From Rhodospirillaceae bacterium (GTDB lineage Bacteria > Pseudomonadota > Alphaproteobacteria > Rhodospirillales > Rhodospirillaceae), in contig JANRJL010000056.1 of the NCBI GenBank assembly GCA_033763995.1, positions 45,718 to 109,717 on the forward strand: a DNA stretch of 64,000 nt. Direction: 5' to 3'. The notes beneath the pieces are model-generated. The model was not told the DNA's origin. It did no database searches and saw only the letters and a program-made list of their open reading frames with translations. Positions 12,046 to 24,929 of the stretch are shown piece after piece. Numbering within the stretch: position 1 is the first letter of the stretch; each line of letters begins with the position of its first letter. The position numbers and the translations under genes were made by a program.

Positions 12046-13866
<1,821 letters not shown>

Positions 13867-14013
13867 GGCGGAGCCCGGCGGATACCCTTAACCCATTGCT
13901 CTAGATAACAAAAATGGCGCCCGCCGAATCGGCGTCGCCCCGCGACCTGTGCGCGGGCGGTTATATACTGGTAGGCTGGCCCGAAAGCAAGGCGAGCCGC
14001 TTCTAGGACATTT

Positions 14014-15009
14014 TTACAGGTCGTGCTGGCGCAGCAGGTCCCTGAGCGGCGTTTCGGGCCTGGCGCCCATGTGGCTGATGATCTCGGCCGCCGCCATGGC
14101 GCCGATCTTCGCCGAGCGCACCAAATCGCGGCCATGGGTATAGCCGTACAGAAAGCCCGCGGCGAACAGATCGCCGGCGCCGGTGGTGTCCACCACCGCC
14201 TTCACGGGCGCGGCCGGAACCGTGTCGATGCCCAACGTGTCGACCACCACAGCGCCGCGCGCGCCGAGCGTCATGCAGGCGAGCGTGTTGGACTGGCGCA
14301 ACTTTTTCACCGCCGTGTCGAAATCGTTGGTGCGATAAAGCCGGAAGACTTCTTCCTCGTTGCCGAAGATGAGATCGACGTGATGAAAAATCAGGTCCAG
14401 CAAATCGTCGCGGTGACGGTCCACGACAAAGGGATCCGACAGCGACAAGGCCACTTTTCGCCCGGCCCCCTTGGCGACCGTGCACGCCTTGCGGATGGCG
14501 GCCTTGGCCTGCGGCGTATCCCATTGGTAGCCCTCGATGTAGGTCACGTCGGCGGCGGAGATGACGTCCGCGTCGATGTCGTCGGGGCCCATTTCGGTGC
14601 AGGCACCAAGATATGTGTTCATGGTGCGTTGCGCGTCGGACGTGACGAGAATCAGGCACACGGCGGTGGGCAGCTTGGTGGAGTTCTTGGCGCCGGCGTG
14701 AAAATCAACGCCGACCACCTTGATTTCATGGCTGAAGATTTCGCCCAGCTTGTCCGCGCCCACCTTGCCGATAAAGGCGGGCTTGCCGCCCAACGAGGCG
14801 ATGCCGGCCATGGAATTGGCCGCCGAGCCGCCGGACATTTCCACGCCATGGCCCATTTCGTCATAAAGTTGTTTGGATTGTGCGGCGGTCATCAGCGCCA
14901 TGGTGCCCTTGGTCATGCCGTGACGGCCCAGAAAATCTTCGTCGGCGCGGGAAATGATGTCGACAATCGCGCTGCCGATGCCGACAACGTCGTAACGGGC
15001 TTGAGCCAT
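14014..15009 (-). CDS. PfkB-family carbohydrate/adenosine kinase
   Basis: The track ORF (to 15207) is over-extended. ATG at 15009 gives MAQARYDVVGIGSAIVDII..., the typical PfkB N-terminus. C-terminal TGAGDLFAAGFLYG is the ATP-binding motif. Confidence 0.85.
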   Translation of the reverse strand: MAQARYDVVGIGSAIVDIISRADEDFLGRHGMTKGTMALMTAAQSKQLYDEMGHGVEMSGGSAANSMAGIASLGGKPAFIGKVGADKLGEIFSHEIKVVGVDFHAGAKNSTKLPTAVCLILVTSDAQRTMNTYLGACTEMGPDDIDADVISAADVTYIEGYQWDTPQAKAAIRKACTVAKGAGRKVALSLSDPFVVDRHRDDLLDLIFHHVDLIFGNEEEVFRLYRTNDFDTAVKKLRQSNTLACMTLGARGAVVVDTLGIDTVPAAPVKAVVDTTGAGDLFAAGFLYGYTHGRDLVRSAKIGAMAAAEIISHMGARPETPLRDLLRQHDL

Positions 15010-15124
15010 GAAGGACCTATATGACGTGCATGAGTGAAAGAGCGGGCAAAAGTCTAGCCGCGTCCAGTATAGCCGTGGTGGGCGCGGTCTCAAGTCATCC
15101 GGCGTCACAGCGAACGAGCGAGAA

Positions 15125-15799
15125 ATGATCCACGCATTCACCCTGGGGTTCTTGCAGCTCAAGGACCCGCGCATCTTGCGCCTCGTCGTTATCAGCGTGC
15201 TGTGCACGATTGTCGTTTATGCCGCCCTCTTCGCCGGGGTGGGATGGCTGCTGCGAACCACCACCGTGACCGAGCTGCCCTGGCTCGATACCCTGTTCGA
15301 TGCCGGGGCGGGCGTGAGCGCGGCCATTCTGGCGTGGCTGCTGTTTCCGGGGATTGTCACGGGCGTGGTCGGAGTCTTCTTGGATGACGTCGTGGCGGCG
15401 GTGGAGGCGCGGCACTATGCCCAAAAAGGCGCTGGTCGGGATGTGCCGACCATGGAGATCGTCGGTTCGTCCCTCAAGCTGATGGGAGCGACCATCGGCC
15501 TCAATCTTCTCATGCTGCCGCTTTATGTGCTGCTGGTGTTCCTGCCGCCGCTGAATTTGGTGCTCTACTATCTCGTCAACGGACGGCTTCTGGGCCGGGA
15601 GTACTTCGAAACGGTCGCCTTGCGCCGCCTTGACGCCCGGGCCATGGCCGAGATGCGCCAAAGCCACCGCTGGACGGTCTGGGCGGCGGGCGCCCTGACC
15701 ACGGCCCTGCTGACGGTGCCCTTCGTGAACATGGTCGCACCTGTCGTCGGGACGGCCGCCATGGTACATCTTTTCCATAAATTAACGGTTCGGACGTAA
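15125..15799 (+). CDS. EI24/CysZ-like membrane protein
   Basis: 224 aa with 4-5 TM segments. Pattern (LLFPGIVTGVVGVFLDDVVAAVE, NLVLYYLVNGRLLGREYFE) recalled from the EI24/CysZ family. Confidence 0.65.
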   Translation: MIHAFTLGFLQLKDPRILRLVVISVLCTIVVYAALFAGVGWLLRTTTVTELPWLDTLFDAGAGVSAAILAWLLFPGIVTGVVGVFLDDVVAAVEARHYAQKGAGRDVPTMEIVGSSLKLMGATIGLNLLMLPLYVLLVFLPPLNLVLYYLVNGRLLGREYFETVALRRLDARAMAEMRQSHRWTVWAAGALTTALLTVPFVNMVAPVVGTAAMVHLFHKLTVRT

Positions 15800-15890
15800 G
15801 CTCGACCGGATAAACCAAGACCAAGTTCGGGGCGCTGTGGCACCCGAGATTCTGCCGCGCCAAACCCGATCGATCGAGGGACCGCGACCC

Positions 15891-16526
15891 ATGCCGGATC
15901 AAATCGCCGATTCATCGTCGACGCCTGCGTCTGCTGAATCCTCCGCGCAGACACCCGCGTCATTACCTCATTTTGCATTGCGCCCGGGCGGGGCCCGTCC
16001 GCCGGCCAAGCCCTTCTTCAAGGTCGCCACCAGCGCCGAGAAGTCCGTCGCCGACAAGGCGGCGTTGGAGCGTCAAAGCGGCGACCGCAGTTTCATCGAG
16101 CGCATGGGCGTCATGGCGCCGACCTCGAGCTACACACCGCCGCCCCAGCGCCGCGTGACGGAAATTCCAAATCTCGCGGCGGCGCGGGCGGCCGAACCCG
16201 ATGTCGACGGCAAGAAGCTCGTCATCGGCAAGCATATCAAAGTGACCGGCGAGATTTCGGGCTGCGACAAACTCCACGTCGACGGCCGCGTCGATGCCGC
16301 CATGAACGACATCGTCACCTTGGACGTGTCCGTGGGCGGCGTGGTGAGCGGCAGCGCTACGGTGGAGCGTGCGGTCATCGCCGGGATATTCGACGGCACG
16401 TTGATCGTGCGCGGAGACCTTGACGTCACTGCGACCGGCAGCGTGCGCGGCACGATTTCCTACAAGAACGTCACGGTCGCCGCCGGCGGCAAGCTCAGCG
16501 GCAACATCACCTTGCTCGACGCTTAG
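15891..16526 (+). CDS. Bactofilin-family polymer-forming cytoskeletal protein
   Basis: C-terminal beta-helical repeat region (KLVIGKHIKVTGEISGCDKLHVDGRVDA ... GDLDVTATGSVRGTISYKNVTVAAGGKLSGNI) preceded by a Pro/Ala/Ser-rich tail. ATG 15891 preferred over the track start 15837. The 3' end overlaps the nth 3' end by 20 nt. Confidence 0.8.
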   Translation: MPDQIADSSSTPASAESSAQTPASLPHFALRPGGARPPAKPFFKVATSAEKSVADKAALERQSGDRSFIERMGVMAPTSSYTPPPQRRVTEIPNLAAARAAEPDVDGKKLVIGKHIKVTGEISGCDKLHVDGRVDAAMNDIVTLDVSVGGVVSGSATVERAVIAGIFDGTLIVRGDLDVTATGSVRGTISYKNVTVAAGGKLSGNITLLDA

Positions 16527-17223
16527 CCGATTTCGACGCTTTCTTTTTGGCCTGCGTTGATTTCGCTGCGGCGGAATCGGGCGCCGGTGTTTTCGGCTTG
16601 AAGGCGCAAAACTCGGCGACCACGCAACGCCAGCAATCGGGCTTGCGGGCCTTGCAGATATAGCGTCCGTGCAAGATCAGCCAATGATGGGCGTGGCGCT
16701 TGAACTCGGCCGGCGTGATCTTCTCGAGTTTTTCTTCCACATGAAGCGGTGTTTTGCCCGGCGCCAGACCGGTGCGGTTGCCGACGCGGAAGATATGCGT
16801 GTCCACCGCGATGGTGGGCTCGCCGAAGGCGACGTTGAGCACCACATTGGCCGTCTTGCGGCCGACGCCGGGCAGTTTTTCCAACTCGTCGCGCGTGCGC
16901 GGCACTTGGCCACCATGCTGGTCGACCAGGATATGCGATAGCGCGATGACGTTCTTGGCCTTGGCGTTAAATAGGCCGATGGTCTTGATGTAATTCTTCA
17001 GCCCCGCCTCGCCCAAGGCGATCATCTTGTCCGGCGTGTCGACCACCTTGAACAGCGGGCCCGTGGCCTTGTTGACGCCCACGTCCGTGGCCTGGGCCGA
17101 CAGCACCACGGCCACCAATAACGTATAGGCGTTGACGGATTTCAACTCCGTCGCCGGCTCGGGGTTCAATTCGCGCAGACGGCGATAGAACTCGTGAACG
17201 GCCGCGGGTTTCATTAGGAGCAT
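16507..17223 (-). CDS. nth: Endonuclease III (DNA glycosylase/AP lyase) with a Lys-rich C-terminal tail
   Basis: HhH-GPD core (LPGVGRKTANVVLNVAFG, AVDTHIFRV), [4Fe-4S] cysteines (CKARKPDCWRCVVAEFC) and a KKKASKSAKRRAR tail. The start may instead be ATG 17214 (MKPAAV...), because 17217..17223 belongs to a repeat element. Confidence 0.92.
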   Translation of the reverse strand: MLLMKPAAVHEFYRRLRELNPEPATELKSVNAYTLLVAVVLSAQATDVGVNKATGPLFKVVDTPDKMIALGEAGLKNYIKTIGLFNAKAKNVIALSHILVDQHGGQVPRTRDELEKLPGVGRKTANVVLNVAFGEPTIAVDTHIFRVGNRTGLAPGKTPLHVEEKLEKITPAEFKRHAHHWLILHGRYICKARKPDCWRCVVAEFCAFKPKTPAPDSAAAKSTQAKKKASKSAKRRAR

Positions 17224-17277
17224 TTTTCCGACAAGTGAGAACCGGTTGGCGTGGAAAATGCGACCGATAAAGAATCG
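17217..17277. repeat. Dispersed intergenic repeat, copy A
   Basis: GGAGCATTTTTCCGACAAGTGAGAACCGGTTGGCGTGGAAAATGCGACCGATAAAGAATCG. By hand alignment it is about 80% identical to 51064..51138, apart from a 16-nt indel. It shares the GTGRGRACCGGTT and GCGACC blocks with 56691..56740. Confidence 0.8.
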
Positions 17278-17316
17278 CGACGATGACCACTCGTTCGTTT
17301 GCGCCGCGACATCAAC

Positions 17317-18126
17317 CTAAAGTCCGAGCACATCGCGCATGGAATAGAGCCCGGGGCCGCGGCCGCGCGCCCACAGCGCCGCGCGCACGGCGCCCTTGGC
17401 GAAGACCGCGCGCGAGGAGGCCCTGTGCGTGAGCTCGATGCGTTCGCCCTCGGCGGCAAACATGACCGTGTGATCGCCGACCACGTCGCCGCCGCGCAAG
17501 GTGGCAAAGCCGATCTCGCCCGTGGGCCGCGGACCCACCTGGCCGTCGCGCGATTTGCGCCACACGTTGGCCAGCTTGACGTTGCGGCCCTTGGCGGCGG
17601 CCTCGCCCAAACCCAAGGCCGTGCCCGAGGGCGCGTCGACCTTGTGGCGGTGATGCATTTCGAGAATGTCGATATCGTAGTCGGGGCCCAGGGTGGCGGC
17701 GATTTTTTCCGTCACTGCGAACATGACATTCACGCCAAGGCTGAAATTCGGCGCATGAACAACTGCGGCCGTCTTGCCCGCCTCGGCCAAGGCGCCCAGG
17801 ATCGATTCATCGAGCCCCGTGGTGCCGACGATCAACGTCTTGCCGGTCTTGGCGGCGAGCCGCGTGTGCCACAACGTTGCCGCAGGGACAGTAAAGTCGA
17901 TAACCGTGTCGGATACGGCAAACAGCTTCTCGGCATCGGCCATGACCGATACACCGACAGGCTTGGGGCCGACCAACAGGCCCAGATCGCTGCCCACGGC
18001 GGGGCCGGCAGGCTCTGTGCCCCCGGCCAGCATGCAGCCGGGCGTGGCCAGGATCTCTTGAATCAGCATGCGGCCCATGCGGCCGGCGCAGCCGACGATG
18101 CCGATTTTGAGGGGGGACGAGGTCAT
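17317..18126 (-). CDS. dapB: 4-hydroxy-tetrahydrodipicolinate reductase
   Basis: 269 aa. N-terminal Rossmann motif (KIGIVGCAGRMGRML) and the DapB signature EMHHRHKVDAPSGTA. Confidence 0.95.
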   Translation of the reverse strand: MTSSPLKIGIVGCAGRMGRMLIQEILATPGCMLAGGTEPAGPAVGSDLGLLVGPKPVGVSVMADAEKLFAVSDTVIDFTVPAATLWHTRLAAKTGKTLIVGTTGLDESILGALAEAGKTAAVVHAPNFSLGVNVMFAVTEKIAATLGPDYDIDILEMHHRHKVDAPSGTALGLGEAAAKGRNVKLANVWRKSRDGQVGPRPTGEIGFATLRGGDVVGDHTVMFAAEGERIELTHRASSRAVFAKGAVRAALWARGRGPGLYSMRDVLGL

Positions 18127-18473
18127 GGGCGCTCCGAATTTGCGCCTTTATATCTCAATCTCGCGGTCGGGCCATCCCATGAACGGCGTCGTGGCCGCGG
18201 CCATGCAATCGCGTAATCCCTTGGTTATAAAGACTGATTTGGCCTTTCATCGCGGCGGCGCAGACCCCTTACAGCGCCATTAATCAAGGATTTGCGCCAA
18301 AAGGAATTGTATTTTCCTGAAAACCGCCTAGATAGAGACGCCTTGAGTTCTATGCTTCGCCTTGCAAGACACCCTTCCGGGGTCCTCCCAAGACAACGCT
18401 GAATTCGGACACGGCTTCGCGATCGTCGCGCGGCCAAACATACGCATACATGCGTTTTCTAAAGGAGGCCAAC

Positions 18474-18677
18474 ATGGCCAACGGAACGGTAAAGTGGTTC
18501 AACGCCACAAAAGGATTTGGTTTTATTCAGCCCAGCACGGGCGGCAAGGATGTGTTTGTGCACATCAGCGCCGTTGAGCGCGCCGGCTTGAGCACGCTCA
18601 ATGAAGGTCAGGCGATCAGCTATGACGTCGTCAATGAGCGCGGCAAGGATGCCGCCGCCAACCTGAAAGTCAGCTAA
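18474..18677 (+). CDS. cspA: Cold-shock protein (CspA family)
   Basis: MANGTVKWFNATKGFGFIQP...VFVHISAV, with RNP1/RNP2 motifs. AAAGGAGG Shine-Dalgarno sequence just upstream of ATG 18474. Preceded by a 347-nt gene-free leader region. Confidence 0.95.
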   Translation: MANGTVKWFNATKGFGFIQPSTGGKDVFVHISAVERAGLSTLNEGQAISYDVVNERGKDAAANLKVS

Positions 18678-18706
18678 CACCGCCATCGATTTTCTGGCGA
18701 AAGTTT

Positions 18707-18744
18707 GGGCCCGTCACCTTCCGGTGGCGGGCTCAATGCTTTTG
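18707..18744 (+). terminator. Candidate intrinsic terminator of cspA
   Basis: GGGCCCGTCACC-TTCC-GGTGGCGGGCTC stem (one G.T pair) followed by CAATGCTTTT. The T-tract is interrupted. Confidence 0.45.
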
Positions 18745-18856
18745 GCAATGATGCAATGCCTTGCTGCTCGGCTTGATTGGGCCCTTGCATCGACGATTGA
18801 CTGTCAATCAAGATATGCCGCGCCTATGTGACACTCGACAACGTGGGATCGTGTGC

Positions 18857-20017
18857 ATGAGCATCGCCATTATCGGTGCGGGATTGGGCGGGCTGGCCGC
18901 GGCATTGGCGCTGCAACGCCTCGGGCATCCGGTATCCGTTTATGAGCGGTCGGCCCACATGAGCGAGGTGGGTGCGGGCATCACCCTCCACCCCAACGCG
19001 ACCAAGGCGCTGACGCACCTGGGTTTGGGCGAGGCCATCGCCGCCACGGGCGTGGCGGTGCAACATACGGCCATCAAGCACTACAAGACCAACCAGGTTT
19101 TGGTGGAAACCAAAAAGGGCGGCGAACATGTCGCGAAATTCGGCGCGCACTTGTACCAAATTCACCGCGCCGACGTGCATCATGCCTTGGAACGCGCGGT
19201 GCGCGCCCACGATCCTCATTGCATCAAGACCAATCACGCCTTGATCGACATCCAGAATTTGGACGATGCCGTGGCGCTGTATTTCGACAGCGACGTCACG
19301 GTGATGGCCGAAGCCGCCATCGGCTGCGACGGCATCAAGTCGACCGTGCGCGCCAAGATGTTCTCGCCCGCTCCGCCGGTGTTCACGGGGCGCATCGCCT
19401 ACCGCGGCGTATTGCCGCGCACCCTTGTCAGCGACGAGATGATCTGGCCCGGTTCGGGCGTGTGGATCGGGCCTGAGCGGACGTTCGGCGCCTATGTGAT
19501 GCGCGCGGGCACCCTGGTGAATTTCGTCGCCACCGTGCGCAAGCACGCCTGGACCGAGGAAGGCTGGAGCATCAGCGCCGACCGCGACGAAGTATTGGCG
19601 GAATTCAGCGAGTGGCACCCTTTCGTCCAAGACATCATCCGTCGCACGCCCGGCGAAGCCTTGTTCAAGTGGGGCCTATTCTCGCACGCCCCCTTGCAGA
19701 ATTGGGTGCACGGACGCGTGGCGGTACTGGGCGACGCGGCGCATCCGATGTTGCCCTTCATGGGTCAGGGCGCGGCGCAAGCTTTCGAGGATGCGGTGAT
19801 TCTAGCGCGTTGCATTGACGGAAGTCCCGGCCCGGCCGCGGCCTTGCGGCGTTACCAGGCCGCGCGCCAAGAGCGCGCCACCTTCGTGCAGTTGGAATCC
19901 GCCGCCAAGGCCGACCGCTGGGAAAGCGCCAACCCGGAAAATTACAGCCCCGCCAATCATCGCAATGAAGACACCTTGGGCGTGGTTGCCTACGATGCGG
20001 CCACCGCGCCGATTTAA
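18857..20017 (+). CDS. FAD-dependent aromatic-ring monooxygenase (salicylate/3-hydroxybenzoate hydroxylase-like)
   Basis: ATG 18857 gives MSIAIIGAGLGGLAAAL (GxGxxG). Also has GCDGIKS and the C-terminal VAVLGDAAHPMLPFMGQGAAQAFEDA FAD motif. Confidence 0.85.
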   Translation: MSIAIIGAGLGGLAAALALQRLGHPVSVYERSAHMSEVGAGITLHPNATKALTHLGLGEAIAATGVAVQHTAIKHYKTNQVLVETKKGGEHVAKFGAHLYQIHRADVHHALERAVRAHDPHCIKTNHALIDIQNLDDAVALYFDSDVTVMAEAAIGCDGIKSTVRAKMFSPAPPVFTGRIAYRGVLPRTLVSDEMIWPGSGVWIGPERTFGAYVMRAGTLVNFVATVRKHAWTEEGWSISADRDEVLAEFSEWHPFVQDIIRRTPGEALFKWGLFSHAPLQNWVHGRVAVLGDAAHPMLPFMGQGAAQAFEDAVILARCIDGSPGPAAALRRYQAARQERATFVQLESAAKADRWESANPENYSPANHRNEDTLGVVAYDAATAPI

Positions 20018-20033
20018 TTCAAGTGAGCAAGAC

Positions 20034-20807
20034 ATGCGCCCGCATATCGCGTTTCTCGACAGCAACACCATCGATTGGAAAGAACTGGCGCCGGGCATTT
20101 TTTCCAGGCCGCTGAGCCGCGATCCCGACACCGGCGCACGCACCGCGCTGCAGCGCGTGGTGCCGACGACGCCCGGCTACAAGGACCAGCCCACCGCGCA
20201 TTTTCACGGCACGACGGAGGAGTTGCTGGTGGTCAAGGGCATGATGGCCTTCGACAGTCGCACCTGGCTGCACGGCGCGGCCTATTGCTTTCATCCCGCG
20301 CACTATGTGCACGGCTTCAAGAGCAGGGTGGCGGAAGAGACCTGGTTCGTCAGCCGCGTGGGACGCGACCTGGATTTTACCTACGTCACCGAGCCCAAGG
20401 ACGATTTCCCCTATTTTGTCGGCGAGACGCCGCCGCGCCGGGACCTGACCCTCATCCCCGCGCCCTTTGGCATGCGATGGACCGCGCTGAAGGATGACGC
20501 CGGCAAGGTTATCGGAAAATATCTCGTGCTCAGCCGCGATCCCGTCAGCGGCGAGGGCGCGATTCATGTGAGATTATTCCCAGGGTGCTCAGTCAGGCTG
20601 GGCGCCTTTGGCGACAACCCGCCGAACGATCTCAAAGCCTATGCCGAGGTTTTCATATTGGAAGGTCAGCTCACGACAGAGTCGGGCCTTGTCTTCGCCC
20701 CGGGGTGTTATTGTCATTTGCAGCCGGGAGCGAAACGTCCCGTGTTCACGGCGCAGGGCGAATCATTGTTTTATTTATGTGTGGGCGGAGTCGAAGGCCC
20801 AGCCTAG
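20034..20807 (+). CDS. Cupin-fold protein of unknown function (bicupin-like)
   Basis: ATG 20034 lies 16 nt after the monooxygenase stop. The track ORF from 19815 overlaps the upstream gene and is over-extended. Two cupin-like halves (HFHGTTEELLVVKG..., AEVFILEGQLTTESG...). It resembles the protein at 31779..32630 in layout. Confidence 0.6.
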   Translation: MRPHIAFLDSNTIDWKELAPGIFSRPLSRDPDTGARTALQRVVPTTPGYKDQPTAHFHGTTEELLVVKGMMAFDSRTWLHGAAYCFHPAHYVHGFKSRVAEETWFVSRVGRDLDFTYVTEPKDDFPYFVGETPPRRDLTLIPAPFGMRWTALKDDAGKVIGKYLVLSRDPVSGEGAIHVRLFPGCSVRLGAFGDNPPNDLKAYAEVFILEGQLTTESGLVFAPGCYCHLQPGAKRPVFTAQGESLFYLCVGGVEGPA

Positions 20808-20816
20808 GCGAGCAAA

Positions 20817-21944
20817 TCACTTCGCCATTTCGTCGAGGAAGTCCTTGATGCGGTCGAAGAACCCTTGCGCCTCGGGGCTGTAGGTTTTGCGCTCGCTTTC
20901 CTTCTCGAACTCCTGCAGCAGTTTTTTCTGCTTGTCGGTGAGGTTCACCGGCACCTCCACCGCCGCCTCCAGGAACAGATCGCCGCGCGCGGTGGAGCGC
21001 AGCACGCTCATGCCCTTGCCTTTGAGGCGGAAGCGATGGCCCCGCTGGCAGCCCTTGGGAATGGTCACCTTCACGCGCCCGCCGTCGATGGAGGGCACTT
21101 CCACTTCGCCGCCCAAAGCCGCCGTGGTCATGACGATGGGCATGCGCATGAACAAATTCGCCCCGTCGCGCTGGAACATGCGGTGGGGCTGGATCGCGAG
21201 GAAAATATAAAGGTCCCCGGGCGGCGCGCCGTTCATGCCCGCTTCGCCCTCGGAGGCCAGGCGAATGCGCGTGCCTTCCTCCACGCCGGGCGGGATAGTG
21301 ACCTCAAGCGACTTGTCCTTGCGCGTGCGGCCCGAGCCCCGGCACGACGGGCACGGATCGGCGATCACTTGGCCCGCGCCCTGGCACATGGGGCAGGTGC
21401 GCTCGATGGTGAAAAAGCCCTGCTGGCTACGCACCTTGCCCGCGCCGCGGCAGGTGGGGCACGCCTTGGGCGCCGCGCCGTCCTTGCCGCCGGAGCCCTT
21501 GCAGGCCTCGCATGACACCGAGGCGGGCACGGTGATCTTGGCCTTCTTGCCGTGGAAGGCCTCTTCCAGCGTGATCTCCATGTTGTAGCGCAGGTCTTGG
21601 CCGCGCGCGGGCCCGCCCCGGCCGCCGCGACGGCCGCCGCCCATGATGTCGCCGAACATTTCATCGAAGATGTCGGCGAAGCCGCCGAAGCCGAAACCGC
21701 CCGCCCCGCCGTTGCCTTGTTCGAAGGCGGCGTGGCCGAAGCGGTCGTAGGCCGCGCGCTTTTGCTCGTCCTTCAGGACGTCATAGGCCTCGTTGATCTC
21801 GCGAAACTTGGCCTCGGCGGCCTTGTCGCCCGGGTTCTTGTCCGGGTGATGCTGCATGGCGAGCTTGCGGTACGACTTCTTGATGTCGTCGAGGGACGCG
21901 CCCTTCGCGACACCGAGCAGCTCGTAAAAATCCTGCTTCGCCAT
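20817..21944 (-). CDS. dnaJ: Molecular chaperone DnaJ
   Basis: J domain (DFYELLGV...HPDKNPGD), G/F-rich linker and four CxxCxGxG zinc-finger repeats. Confidence 0.97.
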   Translation of the reverse strand: MAKQDFYELLGVAKGASLDDIKKSYRKLAMQHHPDKNPGDKAAEAKFREINEAYDVLKDEQKRAAYDRFGHAAFEQGNGGAGGFGFGGFADIFDEMFGDIMGGGRRGGRGGPARGQDLRYNMEITLEEAFHGKKAKITVPASVSCEACKGSGGKDGAAPKACPTCRGAGKVRSQQGFFTIERTCPMCQGAGQVIADPCPSCRGSGRTRKDKSLEVTIPPGVEEGTRIRLASEGEAGMNGAPPGDLYIFLAIQPHRMFQRDGANLFMRMPIVMTTAALGGEVEVPSIDGGRVKVTIPKGCQRGHRFRLKGKGMSVLRSTARGDLFLEAAVEVPVNLTDKQKKLLQEFEKESERKTYSPEAQGFFDRIKDFLDEMAK

Positions 21945-21974
21945 GGCGATACTTTAGAAATTTCGAAACCCGTC

Positions 21975-22060
21975 ATCGCCCGGTTGAGCCGGGCGATCCA
22001 CCGTTCCACGCACGCGGATCATTGCGGTTGAAACATGGATGGCCCGATCAAGTCGGGCCA
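21975..22060 (-). other. Two 9-bp-stem hairpins in the dnaK-dnaJ intercistronic spacer
   Basis: ATCGCCCGG-TTGAG-CCGGGCGAT (21975..21997) and ATGGCCCGA-TCAAG-TCGGGCCAT (22038..22060). Both arms are perfect. Located between the dnaK stop (22116) and the dnaJ start (21944). Confidence 0.6.
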
Positions 22061-22115
22061 TGACATGGTGATGGTTGGATTGATCTGGCGACCACATCGG
22101 AAGACGCCGACGCCG

Positions 22116-24029
<1,914 letters not shown>

Positions 24030-24162
24030 GACATTTCCTTTCTGCGGCGGACGTCCGAAACCCTGCTCAGGCGTTTACGGATGTCCCCGTTGGTTTTAGC
24101 GTTACGGTTCATCCAAACCGGGTGCGGCGGCTCAGCCGTCGCGCCCTTGAAGACGGGGGGTT

Positions 24163-24190
24163 ATATAAGGGGGGTGATTGAGCCCGCAAC
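24163..24190 (-). promoter_or_regulatory. Candidate RpoH (sigma32)-type promoter of dnaK
   Basis: Minus strand reads GTTG-N17-CTTATAT. The -10 matches the alphaproteobacterial sigma32 consensus CYTATNT exactly and the -35 matches 3 of 4 positions of CTTG. It lies about 130 nt upstream of the dnaK ATG. Motif match only. Confidence 0.35.
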
Positions 24191-24271
24191 AGCCCAAACC
24201 GCTGGAATCCGAGTCTTTTTTCCGGGTTTTAGGGGGCTTGGCGGGCAAAACGGCGGTGAGAGCGACTCCGA

Positions 24272-24928
24272 ATGCCCCCTCAAGCTGGAAAATCGGCCCT
24301 GCAGGGCGACTTTTTTGCCCCTCACCTGCCCGAAGGTCTGGTTTACCGGCCCGCTTGGGTCGACGTGGCGGGCCAAAAGCGCCTCTTGGCCAGACTGGCC
24401 GGGATCGAGGCTATGGCCCCCCTGGCCCGGGCCCGCACCCGCAATGGCCTGACCTCGGCGGCCATGACCAACTGCGGCCGGGTCGGCTGGTGGAGCGACC
24501 TCAAAGGCTATCGCTATGAACCGGTGCGCCCGCCGACGGGCCGGCCGTGGCCGCCAATGCCGGAGGTTTTTTTAAAATTGGTCTCGGGTGTGGTGGCCGA
24601 TACGCCATGGGCGAGATTTACGCCCGACGCCTGCCTGATTAATTTCTACGCGGCCGGCACCAAGATGGGCCTGCACCAAGATCGCGATGAAAAGGACTTC
24701 AGCCAGCCTATCGTGACGGTGTGCCTGGGGGACGACGCGGATTTCATGATCGGTGGAATAAAGCGCGCCGACAAGACGCAGGCGCTGGTCGTCCGTTCCG
24801 GCGATGTGCTGATCATGGGCGGCGAGAGCCGCTTGCGTTTTCATGGCGTGCGCAAAATCTATCCCGGCACGAGTCCACTGCCGTCGATCAATGGCCGTTA
24901 CAGCCTGACGTTTCGCAAGGCGCTCTGA
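24272..24928 (+). CDS. alkB: Alpha-ketoglutarate/Fe(II)-dependent DNA dioxygenase AlkB
   Basis: 218 aa. INFYAAGTKMGLHQDRDE (HxD), GDVLIMGGESRLRFHGV (distal His) and RYSLTFR. Confidence 0.9.
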   Translation: MPPQAGKSALQGDFFAPHLPEGLVYRPAWVDVAGQKRLLARLAGIEAMAPLARARTRNGLTSAAMTNCGRVGWWSDLKGYRYEPVRPPTGRPWPPMPEVFLKLVSGVVADTPWARFTPDACLINFYAAGTKMGLHQDRDEKDFSQPIVTVCLGDDADFMIGGIKRADKTQALVVRSGDVLIMGGESRLRFHGVRKIYPGTSPLPSINGRYSLTFRKAL

Positions 24929-24929
24929 G

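Noticed and set aside
14014-15207. Over-extended ORF-track starts. Examples are 14014..15207, 19815..20807, 26671..27423, 40891..41616, 44762..45712, 55897..56670, 59572..60510, 60946..62253, 62136..62771 and 62829..63920.
   Set aside because: The track uses the first possible start, including alternative start codons. In each case an internal ATG with a Shine-Dalgarno-like sequence gives the family-typical N-terminus, and the upstream extension is Arg/Pro-rich or overlaps a neighbouring gene. Trimmed coordinates are given in the features.
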